This document shows positions 1-9,526 of a DNA stretch of 64,000 nt, in pieces. The notes below the pieces were generated by a model, which worked only from the letters and a program-made list of their open reading frames with translations, was not told the origin of the DNA and ran no database searches. Position numbers and translations under genes: made by a program. The stretch lies in the IMG/VR virus record IMGVR_UViG_3300035696_000019, positions 32,001 through 96,000 of that record, one strand, 5' to 3'. The stretch is from a virus. Numbering within the stretch: position 1 is the stretch's first letter; each line of letters begins with the position of its first letter.

Positions 1-265
1 CCATGTGAGTCTCATTGACACTCTTGATCCACTTGGTGGGGATCGTGTCTTTGATGTCGTTCCACATGATCTGCTTGGCCATCTTGTAGGTCGGCGCCAC
101 ATACCAGATTTTGCGCTTGGGCATCCGGGCGAACTTGATGATCAGCACTTTCGAAAGCTGACTTTTTCCCCACCTGCGTCCCGCCACCACCACGCGAAAA
201 CGCGCGCGCGACTTGAACACCTCCATCTGTTTCGGGTGCAGGGAAAGGCTGACACGCTCCGCCAT
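1..265 (-). CDS. Terminase large subunit, N-terminal part (runs off window start)
   Basis: Not in the ORF track. Manual translation from ATG at 265 gives MAERVSLSLHPKQMEVFKSRARFRVVVAGRRWGKS...WYVAPTYKMAK, with a TerL Walker A and the YVAPT motif. TAATG overlap with the upstream gene. Confidence 0.9.
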   Translation of the reverse strand, partial: MAERVSLSLHPKQMEVFKSRARFRVVVAGRRWGKSQLSKVLIIKFARMPKRKIWYVAPTYKMAKQIMWNDIKDTIPTKWIKSVNETHM

Positions 266-951
266 TACTCCTCCACTACGGCGTCGTCATCGTCTTCCGG
301 CGACAGATCGTCACTCGCCTCACTCACCGGCGCTTCGTCGTCGTAAAGCGAGAAGGAGCGGTTTTGCAATGCCTCGACCTGGTTGGCGGTCAACTCGGAA
401 ATCACCAGTTCGGGGATGGTCTGCACATCGACGGCATCCGGGCGATCCAGGCCCAGCACGACATAGCGTTCGTTACGACAGGTGGTCAACACCTTCGCTG
501 CGGCTTCCAGTGACTTGAGGTTGGGGAGAATGGTCGAGAGCGCATCGCCACGATTGCGACAATCCATCACCTCTTTCCAGGTGATCATGGTCAGATTGCG
601 CGCCATCGAGTAGTGCTGTTCCTTGGTTTCCTTGATGCGCTCCGTCAGCAGACTGGCTTCCATCGCTGCGGCTTTGGCATTCGCCTTCGCCACCGCATCC
701 TTCACTTCAGCCGCGCGTGAGGCGCGCTTGACGCCGCGCACCTTGAAATGTCGTGACAGCGTGCTCTTGGACACACCGAATTTCGCCATCAGGTCAGTGA
801 GCTTCATGTCGCCGGACTCCCACAGTGCCTCGACTTCCGCCCATTGCCGCATCGTCAGATGCTTGCGCTTGTCCGTTTTCGCTCTGGCCCGACGCCGCAG
901 CTTGATGGGCGGCTTGGCGGCCTCGGAAGATTCGGGGACTTCGGTGGTCAT
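265..951 (-). CDS. Probable terminase small subunit (N-terminal HTH, acidic tail)
   Basis: HTH LTDLMAKFGVSKSTLSRHF; translationally coupled to TerL. Confidence 0.65.
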   Translation of the reverse strand: MTTEVPESSEAAKPPIKLRRRARAKTDKRKHLTMRQWAEVEALWESGDMKLTDLMAKFGVSKSTLSRHFKVRGVKRASRAAEVKDAVAKANAKAAAMEASLLTERIKETKEQHYSMARNLTMITWKEVMDCRNRGDALSTILPNLKSLEAAAKVLTTCRNERYVVLGLDRPDAVDVQTIPELVISELTANQVEALQNRSFSLYDDEAPVSEASDDLSPEDDDDAVVEE

Positions 952-1055
952 GCGGTCATCCTTTTGGCAAAAAAAATGGGCGTCGGAGACGGACGCCCTG
1001 GGGAACCGGGATTAATTGGTTACAGAGCGCAATCTACCTCAACAACTCAAAATAA

Positions 1056-1472
1056 TCAAGTCACTAGTGACTTACCGTGCGAACAACAGAAAGAAAGCGC
1101 GTAATCAAGCGCAGCGCACGCCGCATGGTCTTCGACAGCAAACGGTATGGTTTCATACAATTGGCACGCGTATTCGAAGACGCAGCTCCATCCCTGACGG
1201 TTCTTATCGCGCTGTCGGATCAACATTCCGTTGATTCCGATGCTTTCCAGCGTTTCGATCGAGGCGGCGGCATCTTCACACCAATCCGGCGCCAGAGCGA
1301 AGTCGTCCGCGTCCGTGAATGCGGCGGTGCCCCACATCAGCACCGTGTCGTCCTGAATTTCCGTCCGATATCCGAGTCTATTGGCAATGGACGCGTTCAT
1401 CCGGGGGCCGACGCTGAATCCTTTCCCGATAACCACGGGGCGGGAAATTTCCCGCGTAAGTTTTAAAAACAT
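1056..1472 (-). CDS. Hypothetical phage protein (possible ABA-sandwich domain)
   Basis: PDWCEDAAASIETLE resembles the PDYSTD-AAW motif; the true start may be internal. Confidence 0.45.
   Translation of the reverse strand: MFLKLTREISRPVVIGKGFSVGPRMNASIANRLGYRTEIQDDTVLMWGTAAFTDADDFALAPDWCEDAAASIETLESIGINGMLIRQRDKNRQGWSCVFEYACQLYETIPFAVEDHAACAALDYALSFCCSHGKSLVT
1058..1073. promoter_or_regulatory. Perfect-palindrome copy of the AAGTCA-N4-TGACTT operator
   Basis: AAGTCACTAGTGACTT upstream of the terminase genes; about 25 variants occur across the window. Confidence 0.75.
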
Positions 1473-1539
1473 ACTTAAACCTTAAAAGTATTTGTATTTA
1501 TATATACGGTGGGGAGGGGAATTTTACCCACCCCATGCC

Positions 1540-1899
1540 TCAGTCGTTGAACTCCAGAACCACGTCGGAGAGATCGGTTATTTCCATCTCCACGGGAGTC
1601 GATTTCACCAATCGTTTCAGAACATGCTCGGTCGCCGGAGTAATTCCCGCGGTCATGATCGAGCGACCGGTCACGGTTATTTCCACAATGCGTCGCGCGG
1701 TATGGTTACGCGAGGTCAGGTCGCCAAACTTCACCAGCCCGCGCTCCACCAGAAACCCCAGAGAGCAGCGCAATGCCTGGCGTGACGGCTTATAGGGCAG
1801 CGCCCCGCACAACTGCGGAATATCCATCGGGGTGCCATCCGGGTTGCCCTTGTGCAAGGTCTGCAAAATGGCGATCTGTTTGTAGCTTAGAGAGCGCAT
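1540..1899 (-). CDS. Winged-helix DNA-binding protein
   Basis: MarR-like pattern: LS.KQIAIL...SRQALRCSLGFLVERGLV...VEITVTGR. Confidence 0.6.
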   Translation of the reverse strand: MRSLSYKQIAILQTLHKGNPDGTPMDIPQLCGALPYKPSRQALRCSLGFLVERGLVKFGDLTSRNHTARRIVEITVTGRSIMTAGITPATEHVLKRLVKSTPVEMEITDLSDVVLEFND

Positions 1900-2789
1900 A
1901 GCTTCTCCAGATCAAGTGGCTGGTCGGTGGGTTGATTGTCGAACGCCAGCAAGGGCAGTCGTTCAGGCAACGCGCGTTCGAAATCCGGGTTCTTGTAAGC
2001 ACCATACAGCGGCGCGGCAAGCACCAATTGTTGCAAGCTCTTGATCAGTTCGCCCGGCGTCTTGGCGGCCACACGCTCGCGGCTGTTGAAGCGGTTATTG
2101 CCGGATTTTTCGCGCGCCGAATGGTCGTAATACCACTTGTGCAACTCTTTCAGACAACGCTCGCGCACGGCGGGAGAAAACGAATCCAGTTCCTCCAGCA
2201 GTTCCACATAGTCCGCCGGATTGCCGTCGAACCAGCGACGGAATACTTCAAGCCCATGCTCGTAATAGGTTGACCGCTCCGGCTCGCCAAACTTGACGCC
2301 TGCCTTCAAGGCGAACGGATTGATGCGCGACATCGAGGACTGGAATTCGAGGATCTTAAACCCGGACATACGCATGGCGAGATTTTGCAGACGATAGGCG
2401 ACACCCACGCTGCGAAACACCGGATCAACCACGATGCGCGAATTGACACGAATCAGGCGATTGATCAGGTGGGCGCGATAGCTGTTGACGAGCTTGTTGT
2501 CCATGCCGTTCCGGTTGGGACACAACCAGGGAAACATTTTGTTGCGCGCGCGACTGGTTAATCCCGGCACAGACATGATACTGACGCCGATCAGCTTTTC
2601 GCCCATCTTGCAGCGGAAGAACAGCGGCCCGACGCCGAGTTTGCCTTCCTTGTAGTGCAATTCGTGCAACTGGTTCCAGTCTTCTACTGTTCCACGCTCA
2701 ACAATCATCCGCTCCAGCAATGAAAAGCGGTATTGCTCGGGCGGGGAGACGCGCTCGACGCGCCATTCAGCATTGTCAGTGATGATCAC
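1887..2789 (-). CDS. GNAT-family (Mom-like) acyltransferase, candidate DNA-modifying enzyme
   Basis: Acyl-CoA motif SRIVVDPVFRSVGVA, plus HELHY and SSMSRINPF; adjacent to an ABC ATPase and ParB-like genes. Confidence 0.6.
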   Translation of the reverse strand: MIITDNAEWRVERVSPPEQYRFSLLERMIVERGTVEDWNQLHELHYKEGKLGVGPLFFRCKMGEKLIGVSIMSVPGLTSRARNKMFPWLCPNRNGMDNKLVNSYRAHLINRLIRVNSRIVVDPVFRSVGVAYRLQNLAMRMSGFKILEFQSSMSRINPFALKAGVKFGEPERSTYYEHGLEVFRRWFDGNPADYVELLEELDSFSPAVRERCLKELHKWYYDHSAREKSGNNRFNSRERVAAKTPGELIKSLQQLVLAAPLYGAYKNPDFERALPERLPLLAFDNQPTDQPLDLEKLCAL

Positions 2790-3181
2790 GACTTATCCTT
2801 TTTGGCGCGCAGGAATGGTGCAAAATGCGCGTAAAGCGTATCGAGCAGATAGCAGAATGTTTCACGGTTGCCTTCGCCCGTTTCTACGCCGGCTCGATCC
2901 AGCACATCGAAGGTGCAATGGGCCAGTTCGTGAATCAGCGTCGTGCGATTGTGACCAAAGACGCCAATCAACCCGACGGCGCCCTGCTCGTTCTCGAAGT
3001 AACTGGTGACACCCAGGTTGCCGGTCAAGTCCGGCGCTGGGCGCTCTACGCGGTTCAGTCGGCGGAGTTCGGCATGCGCGGCCAGAAAGGCTTTTCGACC
3101 GGTCGCCATATAAATGTGCCCACCAAAGATCGGCACATGCAGATGCGGGAGCGATTCAAATGGATGAGGTTTTTTAGCCAT
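2786..3181 (-). CDS. HExxH protein (metallopeptidase-like)
   Basis: TLIHELAH...E.FCY; overlaps neighbours in the operon. Confidence 0.55.
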   Translation of the reverse strand: MAKKPHPFESLPHLHVPIFGGHIYMATGRKAFLAAHAELRRLNRVERPAPDLTGNLGVTSYFENEQGAVGLIGVFGHNRTTLIHELAHCTFDVLDRAGVETGEGNRETFCYLLDTLYAHFAPFLRAKKDKS

Positions 3182-3187
3182 GATGGT

Positions 3188-3295
3188 TCACGCGAAGTCG
3201 TCAAAGTCATCGTCGGCACCCTGTCGGTAATACGCCGCGATAAGACAGATAAGTATCAATGCGGGCAATCCACCCACGGCGAAAAGTCCGATCAT
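3188..3295 (-). CDS. 35-aa membrane peptide
   Basis: Manual translation MIGLFAVGGLPALILICLIAAYYRQGADDDFDDFA; ATGA overlap, fills the operon gap. Confidence 0.4.
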   Translation of the reverse strand: MIGLFAVGGLPALILICLIAAYYRQGADDDFDDFA

Positions 3296-3594
3296 TTACC
3301 ACCTCTCATCAGTGCTAGCAGTTCATCCGGCGCGAGTAATCCCTCAACGCGCAATGTCGTTTGGCCCTTTTCGATGCGCAGCATCGCGGGCGTCCGGTTG
3401 ACGCGCCAGGCGTTTGTCCACGCCTGCCCGATTTCCATCTCGTCGATCAATACAACAGGAAGGTCGTGAAAGCGATCTGCCCAATGTTGCTGGCCGGCAT
3501 GCCAACTCTGATAAACCAACACAAACACCGGAGCTTGTTTGGAAGGCTCAATTACGTCGTGATGGAAATTGATGAGGTTGGTTTTCTGGCTCAT
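3292..3594 (-). CDS. Thioredoxin-fold protein lacking CXXC
   Basis: WRVNRTPAMLRIEKG...EGLL (cis-Pro region); start MSQK overlaps the upstream stop. Confidence 0.55.
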   Translation of the reverse strand: MSQKTNLINFHHDVIEPSKQAPVFVLVYQSWHAGQQHWADRFHDLPVVLIDEMEIGQAWTNAWRVNRTPAMLRIEKGQTTLRVEGLLAPDELLALMRGGK

Positions 3595-4241
3595 GTCGGC
3601 TCCTCGGCGCGCACCACGGACACCTTCTCGCGGTAGCGTTTGACGATGGTCAAGTTGGGACACAGGTCTTGCACCATGTCACTGTGCGTGGTTGCCACCA
3701 TGAGCGTGACGCCCAACTGTCGCGCCATCTTTTGCAGCGTGCCGGAAATGGCTTTGGCGCAATCGCGGTCGAGCACGGCGCAGAACTCATCCGCGACCCA
3801 CACCTGAGCGCCGGACTCGATCAGTTTCGCCAACTTGAGGCGGTAGAGCTGGCCGTCGGAAAGCTGATCCGGCGTGCGCAGGAACAGGTAGGCATCATTC
3901 ACGCCCGTGCGCGTCAGGAAGTCACTAGCCTCCTTCATGTTATTGCCCAACTGGTCGATCACCGGCAGGTTGTAATTGAGCTTGACGGTATCCAGGTTGG
4001 CGACCTGCAAGCCTTCTGCCTGCATCTGTTTCGCCAGTTCGCGCAGCGCAATGGATTTGCCGGAGCCGGACTCGCCTGTGATGTAGACCACATCGCCGGG
4101 ATTGACCTCGATCTGAGCCGCGTCATAAACCACGAACTCACGATCATCCAGCCCCAGGCCGAACATTTCTGCCACCTCCAGAGTGCGCGGCGTGCGCTTG
4201 ACGCGCGTGTGAAAGCGTTTGTCGAGGGTGTAGACGGTCAT
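3591..4241 (-). CDS. Stand-alone ABC-type ATPase
   Basis: Walker A GESGSGKS, signature LSDGQ, Walker B VADEF, H-loop TTH; no permease nearby. Confidence 0.85.
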   Translation of the reverse strand: MTVYTLDKRFHTRVKRTPRTLEVAEMFGLGLDDREFVVYDAAQIEVNPGDVVYITGESGSGKSIALRELAKQMQAEGLQVANLDTVKLNYNLPVIDQLGNNMKEASDFLTRTGVNDAYLFLRTPDQLSDGQLYRLKLAKLIESGAQVWVADEFCAVLDRDCAKAISGTLQKMARQLGVTLMVATTHSDMVQDLCPNLTIVKRYREKVSVVRAEEPT

Positions 4242-4714
4242 GACAGCAGCCCTCCCGTCCGTTTCTCGTTCCGCATCACATCGCGGATCAATGCGACAAT
4301 GTGTGGATCGATGGGCACATCAAGCGGATTGATGATATTGACGACGCTGGATTCGTCAGACTCACGCTTCGTCTCTTGCGGCACGGGGTGGTTAAGGCAT
4401 TCGAAGTGGTCGCGCAACACATGCTCAAAGGCTTCGCCCACCGAATCGAAATGCTTGCCGTCAACTTCACAGCCTTTTTGATGCATCATTGGGCCGCCGC
4501 CGATTTTGCAGGCGAATTCGCTCAGATCCGGCTTGGGCGTCCGTTGGATCAGATCATTGTTATGGCTCAATTCATGCAGCCAGTCGTCGGGCAGCGGCGT
4601 GCCGGCTTTGGCATAGCGCAGCATGGCGTGCAAGATTTCATACTGCCGTTCCAGCAGGAAGGTATGACGGGAGCGCAAGCCAAGGGGCGGTTTATTCAGA
4701 TTCATATATGTCAC
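4238..4714 (-). CDS. Hypothetical protein
   Basis: ORF in operon with ATGA overlap. Confidence 0.55.
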   Translation of the reverse strand: MTYMNLNKPPLGLRSRHTFLLERQYEILHAMLRYAKAGTPLPDDWLHELSHNNDLIQRTPKPDLSEFACKIGGGPMMHQKGCEVDGKHFDSVGEAFEHVLRDHFECLNHPVPQETKRESDESSVVNIINPLDVPIDPHIVALIRDVMRNEKRTGGLLS

Positions 4715-4728
4715 TCGTGACTTTTTTA

Positions 4729-5382
4729 TCAGGCCGCCAAAATGCCACTGATGAATTGGATGAAGGCTTCGGCGGGCGGAAGGCCGGAGTCGGATTCGAT
4801 TTGCGCCATGAAGCGTGTCAGCACGCGCTGGTGACGCGCGGCAATCTTCTTGAAGCCAAACACCTTGTCGATGGCGATTTCCTTTTCGTCGGTCGCTTCG
4901 ATGTCGGCGGCAGTGGCGTGCTCCTGCTCGGATACCGAACTCATGATGTCGAACGCCAGAGCGTCTTCGTTGATTTCGGTCAGATCGGCCTCCATGAAGG
5001 CCAGTTCCTTGTCGTCAAAGATGCCCTGCATGCTGAGTTCCAGCGAGGCCAGTTCCTCTTGCAGCATCAGAGTATCAATGGCGGATTCCGCTACGCGGTT
5101 ATCGGCCAGGCGCGCGGCCTTCACCTCCGCCGGCGTCAGGTTGTCGCGCACCCACACCGGCACCTCGGTCAGACCAAGAGAGATCGCCGCCAGACGGCGA
5201 CCATGCCCACCAATAATGACGCCATCCTTATCGACGGAGATGACGCTTGTCCAGCCAAACCGCTTGATCGACTCCGCGATCTTCTGCACCTGCGCCTTGT
5301 CGTGCTTTTTGACATTCTTTTCATAAGGGATCAGCCGATCAATCGGCCATTTTTGGATATTCAGTTCAATCTTGCTCATCAT
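4729..5382 (-). CDS. ParB/Srx-like protein
   Basis: LIPYEKN.KKH...IAESIKRFGW...IIGGHGRRLAA...RLADN. Confidence 0.85.
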   Translation of the reverse strand: MMSKIELNIQKWPIDRLIPYEKNVKKHDKAQVQKIAESIKRFGWTSVISVDKDGVIIGGHGRRLAAISLGLTEVPVWVRDNLTPAEVKAARLADNRVAESAIDTLMLQEELASLELSMQGIFDDKELAFMEADLTEINEDALAFDIMSSVSEQEHATAADIEATDEKEIAIDKVFGFKKIAARHQRVLTRFMAQIESDSGLPPAEAFIQFISGILAA

Positions 5383-5559
5383 AATCTCCGAGAAAATCGC
5401 GGAATTCAGCCAGCGTCATGCTGCGTTCGCTCTCATCGCCGGAAGGGATGAGCGTGAAATGAAAGGCGTTGTAGCACTGGGTGCAAAGACGCCGATCCAG
5501 TTCGGCGTTGATACAATCAACGCATTGCGGGAAGTAGCCGGGCTTGCTCATACCGTCTC

Positions 5560-5925
5560 TCACGCGATCTTGCAGGGGATGGTCGCATCTTCGTTGAGTA
5601 GATACACGGCGCAAACGCGGTGGTATCCGTCAGCGATGACAAGTCGATCATTATCGGTGCGAACCAGCAGGATGGGCGATAGCGGCTTGCCCTGCTCGAT
5701 CTTGCGCAGGTTCTTCCTGACGTGCGCGTTGGCTTCATCCAGTCGCGGCTCTTTTGAGGCGCGCAGAATGTCTTTCGCCTTGAACTCGGACATGTCTACA
5801 AGGCGCAGCAGGTTCGTCAGTGCCTCGGCTTTGGTGAGTGACATCAGCAACGACAGAAAATCTTGCGCTGCGGGATAGTCGTGGTCTTCCGGCTCGGGCA
5901 GCCAGGTGGGTTCGCGTTGTGACAT
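5560..5925 (-). CDS. Small ParB/Srx-like protein
   Basis: LSPILLV...LVIADGYHRVCA; start reassigned to MSQREP. Confidence 0.65.
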   Translation of the reverse strand: MSQREPTWLPEPEDHDYPAAQDFLSLLMSLTKAEALTNLLRLVDMSEFKAKDILRASKEPRLDEANAHVRKNLRKIEQGKPLSPILLVRTDNDRLVIADGYHRVCAVYLLNEDATIPCKIA

Positions 5926-5929
5926 CAGA

Positions 5930-6286
5930 TCACACTCCGACAGGTTGCGCGACCGCGCGGACAAGCGCCATGATGCCCGTCTGGATGTCGGTCTTGCCAA
6001 CTTCCGCCCATCGCAGCGGCTCGGCTGCGATGAAGCGTCGAAACTCCTGACATTCGTCGGTGGCGCCACTCCACTCGTCATAGGGATAGCCGTTCGGCTT
6101 TTTCTGACCCCACACCGACGTGCGCGCGGCGGACAGCTTCATTTCGTGGTCGGTGGAGAGACGACCGACCAGTTCAGCCTGCAAGTTCAGCAACTCTCTG
6201 CCGGCGGTCTTGATGCGGTTCATCAGGTCGATTTCTTCTCGACTCAGCTCGCGATAGCCATCAATTTTGCGATGTTGGTTTTCCAT
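5930..6286 (-). CDS. acb2: Acb2/Vs.4-like cyclic-nucleotide sponge (anti-CBASS)
   Basis: MENQHRKIDGYRELSREEIDLMNRIK...AEPLRWAEVGKTDIQTGIMALVRAVAQP matches both ends of Pseudomonas phage Acb2 as I recall it. Confidence 0.8.
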   Translation of the reverse strand: MENQHRKIDGYRELSREEIDLMNRIKTAGRELLNLQAELVGRLSTDHEMKLSAARTSVWGQKKPNGYPYDEWSGATDECQEFRRFIAAEPLRWAEVGKTDIQTGIMALVRAVAQPVGV

Positions 6287-6294
6287 TACGATGT

Positions 6295-6546
6295 TCACTC
6301 CGGCTTTGGCCGGCGTCCTTGTGTGTGCCAGTGGAATGCGTGCCAATCAACCTCGCCACCGCAGTGCTGACAACGGTAGTGACGCGGATGGCCGAGGTAA
6401 TTGGCCGACGACTCAACCGGCGCGAATTCGTGATACGCGCAGCCGTTGAGTCTTGCCTGATTGAGCTTGACCGACCCGGCCAGCGATAGCAGTTCATCGC
6501 GTGGCAGCCCCGTCAAGGCGGTGAGCGTGTCAAGGCTGTCGCTCAT
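6295..6546 (-). CDS. Small Zn-ribbon protein
   Basis: C.YH.F and CQHCGG; start MSDSL overlaps the upstream stop. Confidence 0.5.
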   Translation of the reverse strand: MSDSLDTLTALTGLPRDELLSLAGSVKLNQARLNGCAYHEFAPVESSANYLGHPRHYRCQHCGGEVDWHAFHWHTQGRRPKPE

Positions 6547-7196
6547 TTGAATTCCTTGAGGAGATGCACCAGTGCGTCGCCGGCGTTGGTCAGCGAGTCG
6601 TCCTCGGTGAAGCGTTGCGCCTTCATGGTTTGCGTAATCAGATCTTCCACCCAATCCGCATCCTCGACCGGCACCTTGAACTTCATCACGCGGTGCGTCT
6701 GCAATGTCTTTTCAGCAGCAGGGGGAGTGCTCGCGGCGAGTTCTTCGGCGGTCAGATCAAGATCGTCCAACGCTATGCTTGAGTTTGAGAACAGCGAAGT
6801 CAGGTCTTCTTCACTCATCGGCATGAACATCGCAAGTTCTTCGGGCGAACCCAGATCAAGCAGCAGATCGTTGAGTTTCAGCGGGTCATCTTCGCCATAG
6901 CGGTTGTTATCGACCAGGCTGATTTCCTTCGCGCGTCGGTCGCTGATCTTGCCGAGATTCACAATCGGCACTTCGGTCAGACCAATGCGCTTCGCGGAGA
7001 GCCAGCGATGTTCGCCGCCAATGATTTCGCGTTCGCCACTGGGTAACTCGCGCACCACGATCGGTTTGAACACGCCAAACTTGTGAATACTCTCGTCGAG
7101 TTTGGCTTCGTGATCCGGCGACATGACGTTCACGTTCCAGGGGTTTGGAGTCAATGAATCAATTGGCGCGGTTTGAAGGGAAAGCGTGTTTGGCAC
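6543..7196 (-). CDS. ParB/Srx-like protein
   Basis: LTPNPWN.N...PIVVR...IIGGEHRW; acidic linker and short C-terminal domain. Confidence 0.85.
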   Translation of the reverse strand: MPNTLSLQTAPIDSLTPNPWNVNVMSPDHEAKLDESIHKFGVFKPIVVRELPSGEREIIGGEHRWLSAKRIGLTEVPIVNLGKISDRRAKEISLVDNNRYGEDDPLKLNDLLLDLGSPEELAMFMPMSEEDLTSLFSNSSIALDDLDLTAEELAASTPPAAEKTLQTHRVMKFKVPVEDADWVEDLITQTMKAQRFTEDDSLTNAGDALVHLLKEFK

Positions 7197-7271
7197 AACT
7201 ATTACCCGTTTGTTGGCTATGTCACTAGTGACTTATACTAACCCACGATCAAATTATTTGGCAAGAACACC

Positions 7272-8834
7272 ATGAGCAAAGAAATCATCACCATCGCCAG
7301 CAACGCCACATTGGGCAAGCTGCACAACTCCTCGCGCGAAGCAAAACTGGAGGCGCAGCGCATCCTGTCGTATGTGGTTGCCGGCGCCGAAATGAGCGAG
7401 TCGTTCAAGCGCGGCACCTGGGATGGTCGCAGTTCTTTCTTCGACTACCGCAGTGGCACGTTCCCGGCGGGCTTTGTGCATTTCCTGGCGCACGGTCTGC
7501 GTCGTGCCGGTTTCCAGACCAACTGTGTTGCGCGCCCCTTCCCCGAGCCAAAAGGTCAGAAGCGCGCCAAGGTCGATGCCTTCCCCGAAGACCCGCGTTA
7601 TGACTATCAACATCAGGTGGTAGAGAAACTACTGACGCACGGCAAGATCATCGCGCGCGTGGCAACAGGCGGCGGCAAATCAAGGATTGCCAAACTGGCC
7701 TTTGCCGCCATCCGTCGCCCGGCGCTGTTTCTCACCACGCGCTCCATTCTCATGTATCAGATGAAGGATGCGGTTGAGCGCGACATGGGCATCGAGGTCG
7801 CGGTGTTGGGCGATGGTCAGTTCGGCGTGGTCAAGACAGACGCCAATGGCGACGAACGTCGCTTCATCAAGATGTTCAACGTCGGCATGGTGCAGACGTT
7901 GGTATCGCGTCTGGCGCTCCCCTGCCCCGACGATTCGGTCGAAGTGCAGAATAAACAGATGGCAATTCGCAAGCAGACCATCGACCTACTTGGCAAGTTT
8001 GAACTGGTGATCGGCGAAGAGGCGCACGAAGCCTCCGGCAACAGCTATTACGAAATTCTGCAACATTGCACCAGCGCGCATTACCGCCTGGCTATGACCG
8101 CCACGCCATTCATGAAGGAGAACGAAGAGTCGAACATGCGCCTGATGGCCGCATTCGGCCCGATCGGCATCCATGTCAGCGAGCAGACGCTTATCGAGCG
8201 CGGCATTCTGGCAAAGCCCTATTTTAAGTATGTCGATCTAACCGAATGCCCGAAGCATCTGTCGCGCGGCACGGGTTGGCAGGCCGCTTACCGTCTCGGA
8301 ATCGTCACGCACGCACAGCGCAACCGCATCATTGTGGACGAAGTGAAGCGCGCCAGTCGCTACGGATTGTCGTCAATGGTATTGGTGCAGCAAACCAAAC
8401 ATGGCGATCTACTGCGCGACTTGATGACGGAAGCTGGTCTGCGCGTCGAGTTCATCCGTGGCGAAAATGATCAGAAAGGTCGCAAGGCGGCACTTGCGCG
8501 TCTGAGCAACGGCGAGATCGACGTGCTGATTGGCACCACAATTCTCGACGTGGGCGTGGATGTGCCGGCGGTGGGGTTGGTTATTCTGGCAGGCGGGGGC
8601 AAGGCAGAGATCGCTCTGCGTCAGCGGATTGGCCGGGGCTTGCGCGCCAAGAAGAATGGCCCGAACATGTGCTTCATTCTCGACTTCAGCGACGCTCAGA
8701 ACAGCTACCTGAAAGATCATGCCACGCAACGTCTGAATGTGGTGCGCAGCACGCCGGGGTTTGTCGAAGGGGTGTTGAGCGGCGCCGACTTTGATTATGA
8801 GGGACTTGGTTTCGAGAAATTGACTTCAAAATAA
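7272..8834 (+). CDS. SF2 DNA helicase (UvsW/XPB-like)
   Basis: ATGGGKS, EEAH (DEAH variant), TATP, DVGVDVP, QRIGRGLR. Confidence 0.9.
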   Translation: MSKEIITIASNATLGKLHNSSREAKLEAQRILSYVVAGAEMSESFKRGTWDGRSSFFDYRSGTFPAGFVHFLAHGLRRAGFQTNCVARPFPEPKGQKRAKVDAFPEDPRYDYQHQVVEKLLTHGKIIARVATGGGKSRIAKLAFAAIRRPALFLTTRSILMYQMKDAVERDMGIEVAVLGDGQFGVVKTDANGDERRFIKMFNVGMVQTLVSRLALPCPDDSVEVQNKQMAIRKQTIDLLGKFELVIGEEAHEASGNSYYEILQHCTSAHYRLAMTATPFMKENEESNMRLMAAFGPIGIHVSEQTLIERGILAKPYFKYVDLTECPKHLSRGTGWQAAYRLGIVTHAQRNRIIVDEVKRASRYGLSSMVLVQQTKHGDLLRDLMTEAGLRVEFIRGENDQKGRKAALARLSNGEIDVLIGTTILDVGVDVPAVGLVILAGGGKAEIALRQRIGRGLRAKKNGPNMCFILDFSDAQNSYLKDHATQRLNVVRSTPGFVEGVLSGADFDYEGLGFEKLTSK

Positions 8835-8867
8835 ATGCAGACTAATATTAAGCTATGAATAAATTTT

Positions 8868-9149
8868 GTGGAGATAAACATGGCAGGTAGACATTCTGTG
8901 GCGGCGTCTTCTGAAGTGTTGGAAATGCTCAAGGTATTGTGCGACCGCTACAACGTCAGCCAAATAGACGTGTTTGACGGGGTGTTCGACCAGATGGACG
9001 AGACGAAGCTGGAAGAGTTTTTGCAGCAACGTCGCTTGGCGAAGTCCGAACTGAAACAGCGATACCACGCGGTCAAACGTCAACTCAACAATCTCTCGCC
9101 CGAAGAGTTGGAGCGCACGCTGACTTTGCTGCAAGAGAAGCAGGCGTGA
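8868..9149 (+). CDS. Hypothetical coiled-coil protein
   Basis: ORF with GGAG RBS (likely start 8880); coupled to the next gene. Confidence 0.55.
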   Translation: MEINMAGRHSVAASSEVLEMLKVLCDRYNVSQIDVFDGVFDQMDETKLEEFLQQRRLAKSELKQRYHAVKRQLNNLSPEELERTLTLLQEKQA

Positions 9150-9403
9150 CACGCAGTCAGTTCGACGACTGGATTCGTTCGGTCGATGCGAATGCGGTGT
9201 CAGCCTGGGCGAAGTCGTTACAAGGCGAGGACGCTACCTACCGTTCGTTCCTCGCCTTTGTTTCGACACGGCTGGAGTATCCCGCCGGGTCGCCCGACGC
9301 CGAGTCAGATGACGAGGCGGAATGGATGACCCGCTTGAAGAACTGGTGGGAGACGGGCCGACCTGATCTGGATGCGCCAGCGACGGAAGCTGACGCCTGG
9401 TAG
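9146..9403 (+). CDS. Hypothetical protein ending in DAW
   Basis: GTGA overlap; followed by a terminator. Confidence 0.55.
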   Translation: MTRSQFDDWIRSVDANAVSAWAKSLQGEDATYRSFLAFVSTRLEYPAGSPDAESDDEAEWMTRLKNWWETGRPDLDAPATEADAW

Positions 9404-9493
9404 TTCGAGGAGTAGTTGAGCAAATAAGCGATTACTCGTATTCTTTTCTCAATTCATCAGCCGGGCGAGTGACGGCCTGACAGGTCAGACGAC

Positions 9494-9526
9494 AAACGGG
9501 AGCCTTCGGGTTCCCGTTTTTGTTTT
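9494..9526 (+). terminator. Rho-independent terminator
   Basis: AAACGGGAGCC-TTCG-GGTTCCCGTTT followed by a T tract. Confidence 0.85.

Noticed and set aside
3591-4241. ABC transporter
   Set aside because: No permease or binding protein; the context is GNAT/ParB/terminase.
4729-7196. ParB genes as the partition system
   Set aside because: They lack an adjacent ParA and an obvious HTH; a complete type Ib cassette is at 60592-61676.
8029-8031. Helicase inactivation by the EEAH Walker B variant (motif at ~8016-8027)
   Set aside because: The D-to-E change is conservative and all other motifs are intact; insufficient evidence.
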